Shown here one piece after another: positions 63,983 through 64,000 of a DNA stretch of 64,000 nucleotides. Position 1 is the first letter of the stretch. Each line of letters begins with the position of its first letter. A program made the position numbers and the translations under genes. The DNA lies in the NCBI RefSeq assembly GCF_003334305.1, contig NZ_QOWS01000012.1; one strand, written 5' to 3'. Source of the stretch: Escherichia coli (GTDB taxonomy: Bacteria > Pseudomonadota > Gammaproteobacteria > Enterobacterales > Enterobacteriaceae). The notes beneath the pieces were generated by a model. It did no database searches and was not told the origin of the DNA. It saw only the letters and a list, made by a program, of their open reading frames with translations.

Positions 63983-64000
63983 GCCAGACACAGCGCCGTC

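Overview
This window is an Escherichia coli chromosomal segment, not K-12. It is colinear, as the reverse complement, with the K-12 glnE-hldE ... tolC ... parE/parC ... metC-exbBD ... hybOABCDEFG region. All comparisons with K-12 come from my memory of its gene order and proteins; no searches were run. Most ORFs are recognisable core genes.

Non-coding features I can support directly from the sequence:
- two tandem ibs/sib type I toxin-antitoxin modules between hldE and yqiK
- the FMN riboswitch ahead of ribB
- two MetJ boxes ahead of metC
- a duplicated BIME/REP cluster after exbD
- several Rho-independent terminators

The most interesting region is a visibly AT-richer accessory locus of about 8.3 kb (24030-32352) inserted between parE and ygiN.
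- One strand carries a HutC/GntR regulator, an ADP-ribosylglycohydrolase-family enzyme, a double-SIS protein and a PfkB kinase, all tightly coupled.
- These are followed by a secreted phytase-like beta-propeller, a KdgM-family porin and a secreted HAD-like phosphatase that is broken by an in-frame TAA.
- A GPH-family symporter is transcribed divergently.
- The divergent promoter region holds two TGGT-N4-ACCA palindromes that fit HutC-type operators.
- I cannot assign this combination to any characterised pathway. I propose it is an uncharacterised system for scavenging and catabolising a glycoside or N-glycosyl conjugate.

Other notable points:
- The mqsR-mqsA-ygiS block found between ygiV and parC in K-12 is absent. 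A 545-bp hairpin-rich orphan segment takes its place.
- ygiQ is split by an exact 38-bp tandem duplication.
- The fimbrial chaperone yqiH is frameshifted in an A7 tract, inside an otherwise intact ygiL-yqiGHI operon.
- yqiG and yghX, which are defective in K-12, are intact here.

No IS element, integrase, tRNA, rRNA or CRISPR array was seen.
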